The notes under the pieces: generated by a model | Seen by the model: the letters and a program-made list of their open reading frames with translations, nothing else | The model's database searches: none | What the model was told of the DNA's origin: nothing | Position numbers and translations under genes: made by a program | Shown here: in pieces, positions 51,715-64,000 of the stretch | Numbering within the stretch: the first letter of the stretch is position 1 | Layout of the letters: every line of letters begins with the position of its first letter | NCBI RefSeq assembly: GCF_006345805.1 | Contig: NC_042997.1 | Span: forward strand, 78,058,001 to 78,122,000 | Reading direction: 5' to 3' | Source: Octopus sinensis | Taxonomy: Eukaryota | Length of the DNA: 64,000 bases

Positions 51715-52070
51715 TACTTGTTTCAGTCATTTGACTGCGGTCATGCTGGAGCACCGCCTTTAGTCGAGCAAGTCGACCCCAGGACTTATTCTTTGTAAGC
51801 CTAGTACTTATTCTATCGGTCTGTTTTGCCGAACCGCTAAGTTAAGGGGACGCACACACACCAGCATCGGTTGTCAAGCGATGTTTGGTGGACAGACACA
51901 AATACACACACATACATACATACATTTCCGTCTACCAAATCCACTTTCAAGGCTTTGGTCGGCCTGAGGCTATAGTAGAAGACACTTGCCCAAGGTGCCA
52001 CGCAGTGGGACTGAACCCGGAATCATGTGGTTGGGAAGCTTGCTACTTACCACGCAGCCACTCCTGCGCC
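51714..52070 (-). mobile_element. Near full-length tRNA-derived CORE-like SINE with CR1-like 3' tail
   Basis: Head GGCGCAGGAGTGGCTGCGTGG, GGTTCAGTCCC, CCTTGGGCAAGTGTC; tail GGCGGTGCTCCAGCATGACCGCAGTCAAATGACTGAAACAAGTAA. Confidence 0.88.
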
Positions 52071-52082
52071 TATATGTATATG

Positions 52083-52113
<31 letters not shown>

Positions 52114-54145
52114 GAATAAGTATGGGTGTGTAACTTTATCTATACATACCGGTACAGGTGAACCCACGCCCCCATGCGCGCGCACACACACATATATAAA
52201 AAGAGAGAGATAGAGATTGTAATCATTTGTTTATGAACACCAAGTTCATTGCTCTATGTGCAGATTTTACAAATATATATAAATATAACTTTTTCGCCAA
52301 GAAAGATGCTTTTATGCAAAACCAGCCAATAGCATGTTTCTATTCATGGTTGAAACATTAAATATTTAACAGCTTAACGGTGCCTGTTATTTATATATTA
52401 TTTAAAGACAGCTAGACGCCAGACAGAAAACTTGGAGTACACTACTCAAGACAGTTTTTCATATCTGTTTTTATTTTTATTTTCTCTTGAAATTTGTTTA
52501 GAAATCGTTAATTTTTATATCGTATGCGAAGGGTCCGGGTCAGCCATTGAAGTCAAAATATTATTTTAAATCCAGTGTGTGTATTGTTTATGTTCTCCAG
52601 TGTTTAACGGAAAATATCAGGGGAAATAATCTTTCGGTGACAATACTCGTCCCGTATTTCTTTATATTTCGATAAAGCAAGTGCATTCATTGCAGCAGAG
52701 AAAAAGTGAAGAGTACAAATTTTACTTTACTTTTCTTAACTCATAATTTTTATTGCGAATGTAACTAATTTTAATGGATTTCTTTTATAACACAGTCTCG
52801 TTTTACTTGATGTCTATTTTGCTGTTGATAATATATTTTCCCCATATTTCACTTAGAGTCATATTTCTGCTCACGCTTATAGATTATGCGTTTTAGCAAG
52901 GTCTAAAATCAGCTAAAATATAGACCGAAAATAGAACCAATCTCTACAATACGTAGCTTGTTGATGATAAAACTATGTTCAAGTGATCTATCAGGGTTAA
53001 CGATCTCCCAAGATCAAGCATATTTATTCAAGTGATTTATCATGTTCAAAATCAAGAAAGAAATGAGAGATGGGTGTAGTGCATGAGGAAAGTGTGTAAA
53101 TCACTTTCTTATGCACAATACTACGCATTTAAAAGAGAGTCTATGAGAAAGAAAGAAAGAGGGAGACAGAATAGGGAGAGAGAGAGGGGGAGGGAGAGAT
53201 GAATTTGCATTTATGAAACATTGACAACATAAATAAAATAAAATAATATCGGAAAGAATTTAGGACTAGATTGCATTGCATACTCAGCTTAAAGAATCTA
53301 TCTTTTGATGTACGTTGTTCGTTTGGTTGCTAAAATCTTCAACGTTCATTTGATATTTGTACACGTATCCTCGTTTAGAAGCTAATACATTTAAATTAAC
53401 TACATTACTTAAGTGTATTTCCAAAAAGTTTTGAACACCTGTAGAGTAATGTAGATTCAAGAGTTTTGAACTTATTTCAATTAATATAATTCCGTTACCT
53501 AATCATATATATGTGAGTAGTTCACGCAAGTTAGTTTTTCAGTTTGTTTCAGATACCAAGGACCTATTTGTTTTAAAATTTGCTTCACAACTTACTCGTA
53601 ATAATGAAAACAAAAATTTAATTAACAGATTAGGAGTGTTTAACAAATTGAATGAATAATTGAAGGGAGAAATACAAATAATTTTTGTTGTGATCAACGG
53701 AAAATTTAATGTGTTGGGTTCATTCTTATTTTAGATGTACCGACATTAATAATGTAATATGTATCATTAATGTTAAACATAACCATTACTTTAATTGAAA
53801 CATTTCAAAGATAGGAAAACAGTGATACGACAAACAGAAAAGAAATAAATATGTATCAAAAGGAAATATTTACTAAAGGAAATGTATAATATAATATTTT
53901 ATATTTATTGGCAACTTTTTAAAGAATAATGTTCTTTTGTGAATGGGGATTTTTTTGAAAGTTTAAACATTTTCTAAAAGGCTTCAACTAATAATTATTA
54001 TTGCAGTTCTAAAGTTATCATCAAACTTAGAATAAAAAAATTGGTGCAAATACTCTGTAAGTTTGCTTCTGGAGCAACATGGTGCTGAAATTTATAAAAT
54101 GGAATATATTATGGAATCTATTTTTCAAATTCTCAACAAAATATA

Positions 54146-54310
54146 GGCGCAGGTGTGGCTGTGCAGTAAGGGATTTGCTTCCCAACAATATAGTTCCGGG
54201 TTCAGTTCCATTGTGTGGCACTTTTGGCAAATGTTTCTACTATAGTCTCGGGCTGACCAAAGCCTTGTGAGTCGATTTGGCAGAGGGAAACTGAAGGAAG
54301 CCCGACGTAC
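54146..54310 (+). mobile_element. tRNA-derived CORE-like SINE, 5' half
   Basis: Same family as 51714-52070. Confidence 0.85.
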
Positions 54311-54829
54311 ACACACACGCGCGCGCTTGTGCGTGTGTGTTTGTGTATATGTATTAGAAAAGGCAAAAATAATGGTCTGTACATATTTCTTTATTTGTGC
54401 ATTTTTGATTTACAGCTGTTTCTGATATGCATTACAGGTGTGTTCATGGTTCTGTTCATTCAATCGCTCCATTGATCGACTGAAAATGTGAAAGACCTTA
54501 AAGTAAATGTTATGTCTTCGGTGTCTTCGCACTAAATGGTAAATTAGACGAAAAACAAACATGCATGGGAAGAGGAGCGAAGACAAAGGGAAGAAGAAAA
54601 GATAACAGGAAATCAGGAAAAAGAAAGAAAGAAAGAAAGAGAGAGAGGGAAAGACAAAGAGAAAAATAGGAGAGAGAAACAAAGAAGGAAGAGAGAGAGA
54701 GAGAAGACACACGGAAGTGAAGGACAAAATTTGGTGACAGTTGTACCTATAGATGGAATTAGGCGACCCCAAACCATTGTAACTACCAAGACCAAACAAT
54801 ATCATCATAGGATATCGAAATTTGACGTC

Positions 54830-55760
54830 TGTCTCTTGCTCTTGAAGTCTCTGAGTACAGTTTTGTCTATCAGGAGTTGATCCTTGGTGCCTCTGCACTT
54901 ACGCTTGCAACCCTTTCAGGCCCTTTCTTTCAATATTATACTTCCTTTTCAGCGCCCTGTATTTTTGTTCGCTTTTAAGCACCCCTTTTTCTTTTCGGTC
55001 TAACACAGAGATTTCATTCGAGAGCATGTCTAACTCTACCTGGGTTCTTCTTTTCCACCATGGATCTTTTCTTTTGTCACTCCCATTATGTTTCTTTTTC
55101 TTGACATCAACACCCATATTTTCTGCTACAACAATACTTGCTGATCAAATTATTTGTTTCTGATGATATTCAGAATTTCATTGTCATTTTTCATTTCTTG
55201 GTTCAATTTCCATCGATCAACCTTTTTAAGGTTGCAAATAATGTCGCTATCCTGTAGTCTTACCTTTATTCCGTCGTAGATTGCCTTTTATTCATCTGTC
55301 ATGTCACTATTAGTTTTATTGCCCTCTTTTAGATCATCTATATGTCTCTCATCATGTAAACTACCACTGCTCCTTTCCTGTGTAATGAGATTACTCTTAC
55401 TAGTAAGAACTGTATTTTCATTGTTATCTCTGCTGCTGTTTTCCATGACCCGTCTTTTGATAGCTTCGAGTTCTATTTCTGTGAACCAACAATTTTCCTT
55501 TATTGCTCTAGCTTGATCCCATAGTTCCGTGAGTTAAAACAATCCCTTTTCTCTCCAATGATCATACATACACTGTCGGTAACCCCTAATTGAGCACTAT
55601 TTTCCTCTACCAGACTGCTCAGGTAGTAACACTCCGTGACCACAGCATTAATTTGTTTGCTCCATCTACGCCGTGTGTGGTGGTCCCTTTCTGGATATTG
55701 ACAGGGTGGAGTCGGACCAGAATCTCTGAGCCTACCGGATTTAACACTATTACCATCAAT
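54830..55760 (-). mobile_element. Degraded N-terminal region of an R4/Dong-like LINE ORF
   Basis: RRRWSKQINAVVTECYYLS and KDPWWKRR..ELDMLSNEISVL..KYNI, resembling the pre-RT region of this clade. Confidence 0.6.
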
Positions 55761-56384
55761 GGCTTCAGTTTCATTACCACCGTTATTCACAATATTTTGT
55801 TTTTTCATTATCACTAATATGAGGTAGCGATTATCAGGTTGCGCAATTACCAATGATTTTATTGTAACACCATCACTAGATGTATCACTAATCAGCCCAT
55901 GAAGAGACTGCACCCACTTCCTTTCTTTATTGTTATTATTATTCTCATCACTGATATCACTGATATTATTGTTTTTATGTGTAGTAGCAGCAGTGGTTGC
56001 AGCAACAGTAGCAGGAGTGAGGTGGTGGTAAGGGTTGTAGTTGTGCCTCAGATTCCCGTGCTATCAGAATAGTAGTAGTTGTAGTATTAGTAGCTGCAGC
56101 ATATAATCATTATTTTTATTTTTATCATTATCACCATCAGCACCACTACCATAGTTGGAGGAAATGGGTGAATAGATCATATCCTACAGGTCTATAAATA
56201 GATTCGACAGATGGTGGAGAGGTCAGCCACAGAGACAAAAGAATCTTCGCACCCTTTTGGTCAGCAGAGGTCAAATGTGTTTACTACTACCAGTGGTCGC
56301 TGAGAGCGTTGTCTTGAAAAGAAGCAATTCAACATGTTCTGTTTGTAATTACTGGTAGAAAAAACAATGATACACACACACGCA

Positions 56385-56417
<33 letters not shown>

Positions 56418-56449
56418 CACACACACACACACACTGATATTAACGTCGT

Positions 56450-56920
56450 TGAATTTTGAATTTCTGAATTCAAATGCGTTGTTGCAATAAAAGGTGTGTT
56501 TATGTATTTGGGTAAAATATTAAAGTTTTAAAGTTTTCTTGAGATGTTCGTTTGTCTGTCCATTTGGAGAATACAGTATGACTTTTGCAATGAAAAGGAT
56601 GTTTACATTTTCGAATATTCAAGGAGAGTCAAAAACAAAAGAAAAGAATTCGTAGATAGTAAAGTTTTAAGATTTACTAAACATGGTCTTTTGTATGACC
56701 GCACAGAAAGAAATGGTAGTGTTCTTAGAATAAAAAGGGGGATGTTTACATTTTCGAATATAAAGGGAGAAAGCAAAGATATCAAAATTTTTTTTTGTTT
56801 TTTAAAGCTGATTGTTTGCGTGTTCGAAAGCTGTAGGTATGTAAGTTTCCTAACTCATTTTATTTTGAGGGAGATTTAAAATATTCACAGGAAATTGTAG
56901 CGATTCTAGTCTTTGGGAAT
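56450..56920. repeat. Diverged tandem units (AAAGGATGTTTACATTTTCGAATA), also present at 60278-61110
   Basis: The motif recurs near 56594, 56740, 60580 and 60925; the block ending CACAGGAAA.TGTAGC.ATTC.AGTCTTT occurs near 56885 and 61078. Confidence 0.75.
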
Positions 56921-56936
56921 AGTAGGAGAAATAGAT

Positions 56937-59900
56937 AGTTAGTTAGTTAGTTAGTTAGTTAATTTGGCTCAAAAGCAAATAGCAAGGCCATGTAGGGGGA
57001 CATGGAGTTAAGTACAGGGTGGTGTTCATGTAAAGAGTTCAGGCAACTTGAGGTCAAGGGAGGCTTTGAACAAAGCGGTCGTCGGCATCTTCACCATCTC
57101 GTCTGGCAGCTTGTTCCACGGATCCGCAACCCGGACGGAGAAAGCTCCTCTCCTTCGATTGAGATGAAATCGTCGCAGGTAGAGCTTTTTGGAATGACCC
57201 CGCAGCCGACGCTCTGGAGCAGGAGTGAAGAACAGCTCTTTCGAGAGGTTACACTTTCCGCTTATGATGTTGTGGGCGAGAATGAGATCACCACGGCGGC
57301 GGCGTTTTTCAAGAGAATAAAGGTCGAGCGTCCTCAGCCTTTCTTCGTAGGACAAATTTTTGAGACCATGAACCATGCGGGTAGCCAGCTTCTGGACTCT
57401 TTCGAGATGCTGTATGTCTTTGAGGAGATAAGGAGAAGAGGCTTGAATCCCATACTCCAATATGGGTCTCACCAGCGTGACATAGAGTGGTAGGAATATG
57501 GCTGCTGTGAGCATTCCGAATGACCGTCGAATCAAGAACAGAATTCCGTGTGCTTTGTTGGCAGCATGGACGCACTGGGCCGAAGGCGAAAAGGAGGAAT
57601 CCACCAAGATACCTAGGTCCTTTACCTGATCGGTCCTCCCCAGCAGCAGACGACCCGGCTCGAAATCAAGTTGAGTTGCAGGAGTAGAGCCGACAGGCAG
57701 ATGACAGCACTTTGACACGTTCAGACACAGGTCCCAATTGTTAGACCACTTCCAAATTTGGTGGAGGCATCGACGAAGATCCTCTATATTACCGCGAGGA
57801 GCGACCAGTTTGATATCGTCGGCAAATAGAAGGGTGTGTTGCGTGAGGTCGTCGGGCAAGTCATTTATGAAGACTAAGAACAACAAGGGCCCAAGCACTG
57901 AACCTTGAGGCACGCCACTGCTCGCACTGGAGACGTCGGACCGCGAACCATTAACTTGGACTTGGAAGGAGCGATCTGAGAGGAAGGCACCAACCCATCG
58001 TACAATATCCGGATGGAAACTATATGCTTGAAGCTTGACAAGCAATAGGCGGTGGTTTACCGAGTCAAAAGCTTTGGCAAAGTCCAGTAAAACGATGTCA
58101 ACAGCATCACTATCATCGAGGATGCGCGTCACCAATTCTTCCATTACTAGTAGGTTGGTCAAGCATGATCTCTTCGGCACGAAGCCGTGTTGGGAATCAG
58201 AGATAGAGGCTGTGTTTAGGAGGTGGAGCATCATACTTTTCTTAAGGATGGTTTCGAACATCTTGCTGATAATTGATGTGAGGGAAACCGGTCGGTAGTT
58301 AAGCGGGTCTTCGCGGCTCCCTTTCTTGAAAATTGGGCAGATTATCGCTGTTCTCCAGTCGCCAATGACATATTGAATAGCCGTGTTAAGGGCTCGCAGA
58401 TGACCGGAGCCAACGCTTTGATAACCCGTGGGTGTATGCCGTCAGGGCCGTGACCTTTGTTGACATCGAGGCCTTGAATAACACGTTTGACTTCGTCCCG
58501 CGTGATGACCAATCGAAGCATTGGAGGTACCGATCTATCAAATGGAGGGGGTTCACGACCATCATCTTGTTTGAAAATAGTTGAAAAAGCCTCGGTAAAT
58601 AATTGACTCTGTTGATAAGGGTCCTCAATCGATACGCCTGTTGAGTCTACCAACGTTGCAATCTGGTTGTTCAAGCGGGAATTCCGCTGGACATGGGCAA
58701 AGAAGGTTTTTGGATTGCTACTGGCATTTGCCGCGATTTTGTATTCGTAACTGAAGCGTTCTTTCTTTTCAATTTTCACGGCTCGGTCTCGTTGAGTTTT
58801 GTACACCTCAAAAGCTGCAGTCGAATCCAGATTTTTGAATTCAGCCCAAGCAATATCTCTGAGTCGACGTTCTCGTTTAACCCTCTTCGTCACCCAGGGC
58901 TTGTGTTTCTTCCTCTTGGGAAGCCCAACGGGAACTGCCTGGTCAGTCAAACAGATTACATATGCTTTGAGGGATGACCATAGTTCGTCAACTGAGGACA
59001 ACGTCATCAGGGATCGCCAGTCCAGAAGCGCGGAAGCCTCGGTTAGAATTTCAAGATTAATTGCAGAGAAGACTCTACGTGGCAGCGAAGTAGTCGTGGG
59101 CGGGCGTAGAAAAAGTTGTGTGCATGACGAACTTCAGGACCGCATGATCACTCTTGGCAAGAGGGGCGCACACAGATACGTCTGACACTGATCTTGGATA
59201 GCGGGAGAATACCAGATCTAGCATAGATGGCTGCTGCCCAGACCGATGCCTTGTCGGATATTCAACATGTTGCGATAGAAAACAATCTTCAGCCACGTCA
59301 AGAAGGGCCTGGCCGAACCGGGAAGATGTTGTACAAATTGATGCGGGCCAATCGATCGTGGGAGCGTTGAAGTCTCCTAGTACCAAACAGTCATGCGAAG
59401 ATGAAACGAATCTTATCGCTTCCAGTAGATGAGCATCGTCCTGGGGGTCGGCAAGAGGCGGCCTGTAGACAGCCAACACGGGCAGGCAAAACTCAGATAG
59501 GCTCAGCTTGCAATAGACGGCATCGAATTTTGTTGTAGGCTGAGCATTAGTGGGTAGAATACCGCTGGACGGTTTGTGCTCAGACTTAACATACACAGCA
59601 ACACCTCCACCTCGCCTTTTTCCTCTGTCACATCTGAAAAGGACGTAGCCCTGCAGGTGGATTTCTGAGTCCTTTACTGCTGGAGTCAGCCAAGTCTCGG
59701 TGATAGCTATCACATCAGGGGAGTCACGTATGGCCAGTGTAAATAGTTCACTGAACTTTGGGAATAAGGAGCACGAGTTGGTGTAGACGATGCTGAGCTG
59801 TGAAGTCTGAGGGGCGGGAGTTGGGGAGCAAGCAGAACAAGGGGTATCAGAGATAGCATCGTTGACGGGGGTATCAACTTCACTTCGATTTGCCCTCACA

Positions 59901-60262
59901 TCACTTTCCCTGTCAGCACTACAGCATGGGACCAGAGGTAGGACTTGATTATCTGTCCATCTTGGATTCGTAAACCCTTCTCTCCCCTTTGTTTCCTCAT
60001 CTTTAGTTCGGATATCAGGTTTCTCCGGCGAATTCTCTCTCTTAGTGAGTATTCCTCGCGAAAACCCATATTGGGGTCCTCCCAGGCATGCGTCTGAGCT
60101 CTGTTCAGAAAGACTGAAGCCTCCCGATCAGAAGAAAAGATTACCCTTATTGGGCGTGGTCTAGTATCTGCGGTTGGGTTCGCTTGGAATCTTCCTAGCC
60201 GAGCGACCTTAAGGACACTGACCTTTTCGTTCACGGAGAACAATTCTCCAACCAAAATGGAA
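56937..60262 (-). mobile_element. Young, near-intact CR1-clade LINE: ORF1 C-terminus, ORF2 (APE and RT) broken by two lesions, (TAAC)n tail
   Basis: ORF 59896-60255 (RLG..RPRPIRVIF); APE 59075-59899 (VYTNSCSL, AITETWL, GGGVAVY, GDFN, SMLDLVF, SDH); RT 57026-58261 (QHGF, DFAKAFD, SGVPQGSVLGP, LFADD); tail 56937-56961. Confidence 0.95.
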
Positions 60263-60665
60263 ACATGTTCACCTTGATGGATTTTTGAATTTCTGAATTG
60301 CTTTTTCTTTTTCTTTTGGAATTTTTCTTTTCTTTTTAAAAGTTTTGCTGTGGTTTACAGTGTTTGTAGTTGTGGTGCTTACTTCTTTAATTTTTTTATC
60401 GAACATTTAATTGTGTTGTTACAATAAAAGGCATGTTTACATATGCTGTTATTCAGGGAAGAAGGGAAGACAAAGTGTTCACACAAAAATGGAGATATTA
60501 AAGTTTCTAAATTTCTTTGAGGTGTTCGCTTCTACGTCCGTTCAGAGAAAACTGTGGTGTTTTTTTTTACAATAAAAAAGATGTTTACATTTTCGAATAT
60601 TCAGGGGAAAAGGAACCAAAAGAAAAGGAAGGTACAATTTTTTCACAGAAAATTGTAGATATGAA

Positions 60666-60777
60666 GTTGTGTCTGGGGAGAGTCATTTTCTTTTTGTGCC
60701 TTGTAATGTAACACACTCACCGGTGAGTGTGTTACATTATAAGGCACAAAAAGAAAATGACTCTCCCCAGACACAAC
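60666..60777. repeat. 112-bp spacer-less palindrome
   Basis: 56-bp arms centred on 60721/60722 (ACCGGT), with a single G.T mismatch (60703/60740). Confidence 0.97.
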
Positions 60778-61254
60778 AGAATATGCTTCAACACACGAAC
60801 TCACATAAAGAATCTTGCAAACCAAACCCAAAAACGAAATGTAGGTATGAAGTTTTAAAAATTTACTGGAGATGATCTTTTGTCTGCCGAACAGAGAAAA
60901 CTGTAGTTTTCTTGGAATAAAGAAGGTGTTTACATTTTCGAATGCGCAGTGGGAAAGGAAAAAATGATAGGTATTCTCAGGTGTAGATTTTAAAGGTTTT
61001 AAAGCTGATTGTTTATGTGTTCGAAACCTGTACATATGTAAATTCCTTAACTTATTTTGAGGGAAATTTAAAATACTCACAGGAAACTGTAGCCATTCCA
61101 GTCTTTTAGAGTTATTTTTCGGTCTATATTTTAGCTGATTTTAGACCTTGCTATTGTCCTGTTGGGTTGTTGGGTTGTTTCTGTGTCTTCAGCTGCTGAC
61201 AGGTCAGAGCAGCGAAGAGCACGTCCAGCCGCTGTCACGTCCTTATTATTATTA

Positions 61255-61470
61255 TTAAAAACGGTGAGCGGGCAAAATCGTTAGCATGCTGGGCAAAATA
61301 CTTAGTGTCATTTCGTCCGTTCTTACTTTCTGAGGTTGGCTTTGCCTTTCATCGTATCAGGAGTCGATAAACTAAGTACCAAGCGAGCACTGGGGTCAAT
61401 CTAATCGACTTACCCGCCTCTCGAGAAATTACTGGCGTTGTGCCAAAATTTGAAATCATCATTATTATTA
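61255..61470 (+). mobile_element. Nin/Deu-domain SINE with (ATT)n on both sides
   Basis: GGCTTTGCCTTTCATCG..GTCGATAAACTAAGTACCA core; tail TTGTGCCAAAATTTGAAATC followed by ATT repeats. Confidence 0.72.
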
Positions 61471-61759
61471 TTGTTATTATTTTTATCAGAGTTGTTGTGT
61501 TCGTCTATCGAGATGGGTTGCACATCGCTCCCGTAAGTTTGTTATTCTTTATATTGTTGCACATTGTTATATATTGTACAGAAATAAACTAATCAGGACC
61601 TTGGGGAGCTGGTTAGTTCATCTCTATCTGTTTCCCTTAGGGGATATTTTGGTGATTGTTTAGGCTAAGGCGCCCCTTATATTTTATTTAAAAAAAAGCG
61701 AACAAGAATTGTTTGTCTGCTGAAAGGAACATCCGGTCATCCGGAAAAGAGAAACAGCC

Positions 61760-64000
61760 AAGTCGTGGAAGACAGTGTCAGCTTTAGCAGCAGCAGCAAC
61801 AACAGAAAAAGCAACAAGAACAATAGCACACGTGAGTTCTATGAAAGTAATTTTCTTTTGCTTTTAACACTTTCTTCACCATCACAGGAACAAAAGAAAT
61901 CATTAATAACAAAAAAGCAACAACGCAAGCGAGAACACTGCCACCTCTATCGCCGCCGCCGATAGCAGCAGCAGGTCCACCATCACCACCACCACCACCA
62001 CCACCACCACCACCACCACCACCACCACCACTACCATCACCACCACCAATATCAACACCATTAACGAAAAGGACAACAAAGAAAACGAAACGCAAATATT
62101 CTGAGTGTATGTTGGAGAAATGTGATACTAAATAATCCTAGAACTGTCCAGGAAGAAGCTAAGTTGTGGACAGTTCTATGTAAAACAAGTGGAGCCAAGT
62201 GTAGAAGATCAAAACATATGTAGCCAGTGGGGAAAATATAAGGCTATCGAATTGAGGTTCGCCTCAGAGGTGGAGGCCAAAATCACTCAACAGCCACTCT
62301 CACGAGTGACGAACTCATCATTATCCTCATCTATCTAGGTCGAAGAGTGTTAAAAGTAAGAATACTTCACGTACCACCTGAAATAAACATCTGGTGGTTG
62401 GTGGCTGCGATCCTCTTTGATATAAAAGAGAAAACCACTATTCTGCGAATATAAAGAATACAGACGCAGAAGTGGTTATAACAGGGAATGTAGCTACTAA
62501 TACAGGCAGAACAGCAAAGCATCGATACAATCCCGGACTTTGTAAAGCTACCAGATGGCACAAAGCTTCATGCGGCTGTTGAGGGTTGAAAGCCAAGATG
62601 TCACCTGTACAAGGACACAAATCACATCAAAGCTTTCTGCCCACAACAAAAGACAAAAGTGAACCCCTCCCGCCCCGTTATAGTCGACATCACCACCACC
62701 ACAACAACACCAACAGCACCAGCAGAATCAGGTGACCTGCAAAAATAAAACAGTAATAGTAATAGTAGTAGCAGCAGTACTGACAGGAGTAACAGCAGTA
62801 ACAACAAGAATAACAGTGGAAGCAACGGCATCAAACACAATAGAGAACTCACGAACATTGACAGCAGCAAAACAACAGTATCAGAATACCCCAAAACAAC
62901 AACTTTATCAACAGAAAAACAGCAACAAGTTCCCCTGTTCGAAGCAATCAGACATGTCCTGTAGTGAGGGGGAAGATGAAGAGCCGAAATGACAAAAGGT
63001 CAATAGATCAAACAAAAGAAAAGAAAACAAAGTAACACTGATATCAATTCAAAAAATTAGCAGATATGACCAGAGCGGGAGGCACCATCCAAAACAAATT
63101 CACAAATACCTCCCCAAACAGCAGCTACACCAGTATCATCAGCACCATTCCCATCACTACCATTATCACCGCCACTATCACAGATACCATCATCACAAGC
63201 ACAATCCAGTTCACACATACAGCTTTCAGATCGCATTGCAACAATGAAACATTTTCAACTACACAGCAATAAACACGAATAAAGAACTAATGCATCACAT
63301 CACTAATGCATAGAGATATCACACACACCGACTTTATCACCCCAAGAAACAACACCAACACACATGAATGACACGAATAAAAGACTATATAAAGAACTGC
63401 TAGTAGAAGCATCTTCATATACCTATGAGACCGGAACATCCATTCCCTCCTCGCCATCTAAATCACTGTAAGTAGCCTATTCCGCTTCTATACCTTAATT
63501 TAACATGGCCTTGCTCAGAGTTAGGCAGTATAAATGCACGTTGCCTTGGGTTGCCTTGGAAACAAGGACATCTACTCAACTTCCCCAGGTCATTAAGTGT
63601 CGATGTAGTGGCCATCAGCGAAACCACCCTTTCCTGCCAACAAGCTTTTATGCCCATTTTCGGTGCATACGAGATCTAGTTATCTCCATGTCAACTGGGA
63701 ATGGTAGGTGAAACCGCGGTGTTGTTCTAGAGATGCCCGAATCTCAATATAAGGCTATCTTCCTGGATTCAAAAGTTAAGCTGGTGGTCTTGGATATGAA
63801 CAGTAGTGATGTGGGCTCCCTCAGACTGGTGGCTGTTTATGCTCCGACAGGAACAGGACAGCCAGATTTCTTCAGATTTCTGGAGGTTTTCCCAGGAACA
63901 TCCCGACCTCTAGTGTTAGTGGGCGACTGCAACGCCGTCTTAGAACTACGTTTGGACTGTGTGGGGCTAGTAGATAGAAAGTGTGGTAAAAACCTCACAA
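61760..64000 (+). mobile_element. Degraded Tx1-clade LINE 5' part: ORF1 and start of the ORF2 endonuclease
   Basis: ORF1: IELRFASE..IILIYLGRR..KLPDGTKLHAAVEG. ORF2: DVVAISET..KLVVLD..RLVAVYAP..FFRFLE..VLVGDCNAVL, paralogous to 1-390. Confidence 0.82.

Larger units (their letters stand above)
52894..61153. mobile_element. Pair of about 40-bp inverted repeats 8.2 kb apart: putative large non-autonomous DNA transposon hosting nested insertions
   Basis: TAGCAAGGTCTAAAATCAGCTAAAATATAGACCGAAAA at 52894 and its exact reverse complement ending at 61153. Confidence 0.6.

Noticed and set aside
56450-61110. CRISPR-like array
   Set aside because: Eukaryotic context; the units are long, diverged and irregularly spaced, with no cas genes.

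Overview
Eukaryotic, AT-rich, microsatellite-dense genomic DNA with one 100-N gap (4157-4256). The repeat content suggests a cephalopod, probably Octopus; this is an inference, not a database result. The only host gene I can support is the last two coding exons of an SLC6 (sodium:neurotransmitter symporter family) transporter on the + strand (7120-7282, 8292-8594). Most of the remainder is nested, decayed mobile DNA: Tx1-clade LINE pieces, three CR1-clade LINEs (one young and near-intact, 56937-60262), four R4/Dong pieces, one Hero-like LINE, two Penelope-like elements (PLEs) with inverted 5' structures, two full-length DD37D (maT) Tc1/mariner elements, Helitron and Gypsy relics, tRNA-derived SINEs and several foldback/TIR elements. 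The ORF track cannot show the most interesting signal: ten type I hammerhead ribozyme (HHR)-like motifs in three structural classes. Three belong to a short non-coding family (about 9.6-10.0, 25.2-25.5 and 38.8-39.1 kb) whose ribozyme stems covary between strongly diverged copies. Two of those copies are bracketed by inverted terminal repeats, a miniature version of the inverted pseudo-LTR architecture of the PLE at 34.0-38.0 kb. This is a candidate PLE-mobilised, retrozyme-like element that looks like a MITE. All folds and alignments were made by eye and need computational and biochemical confirmation.
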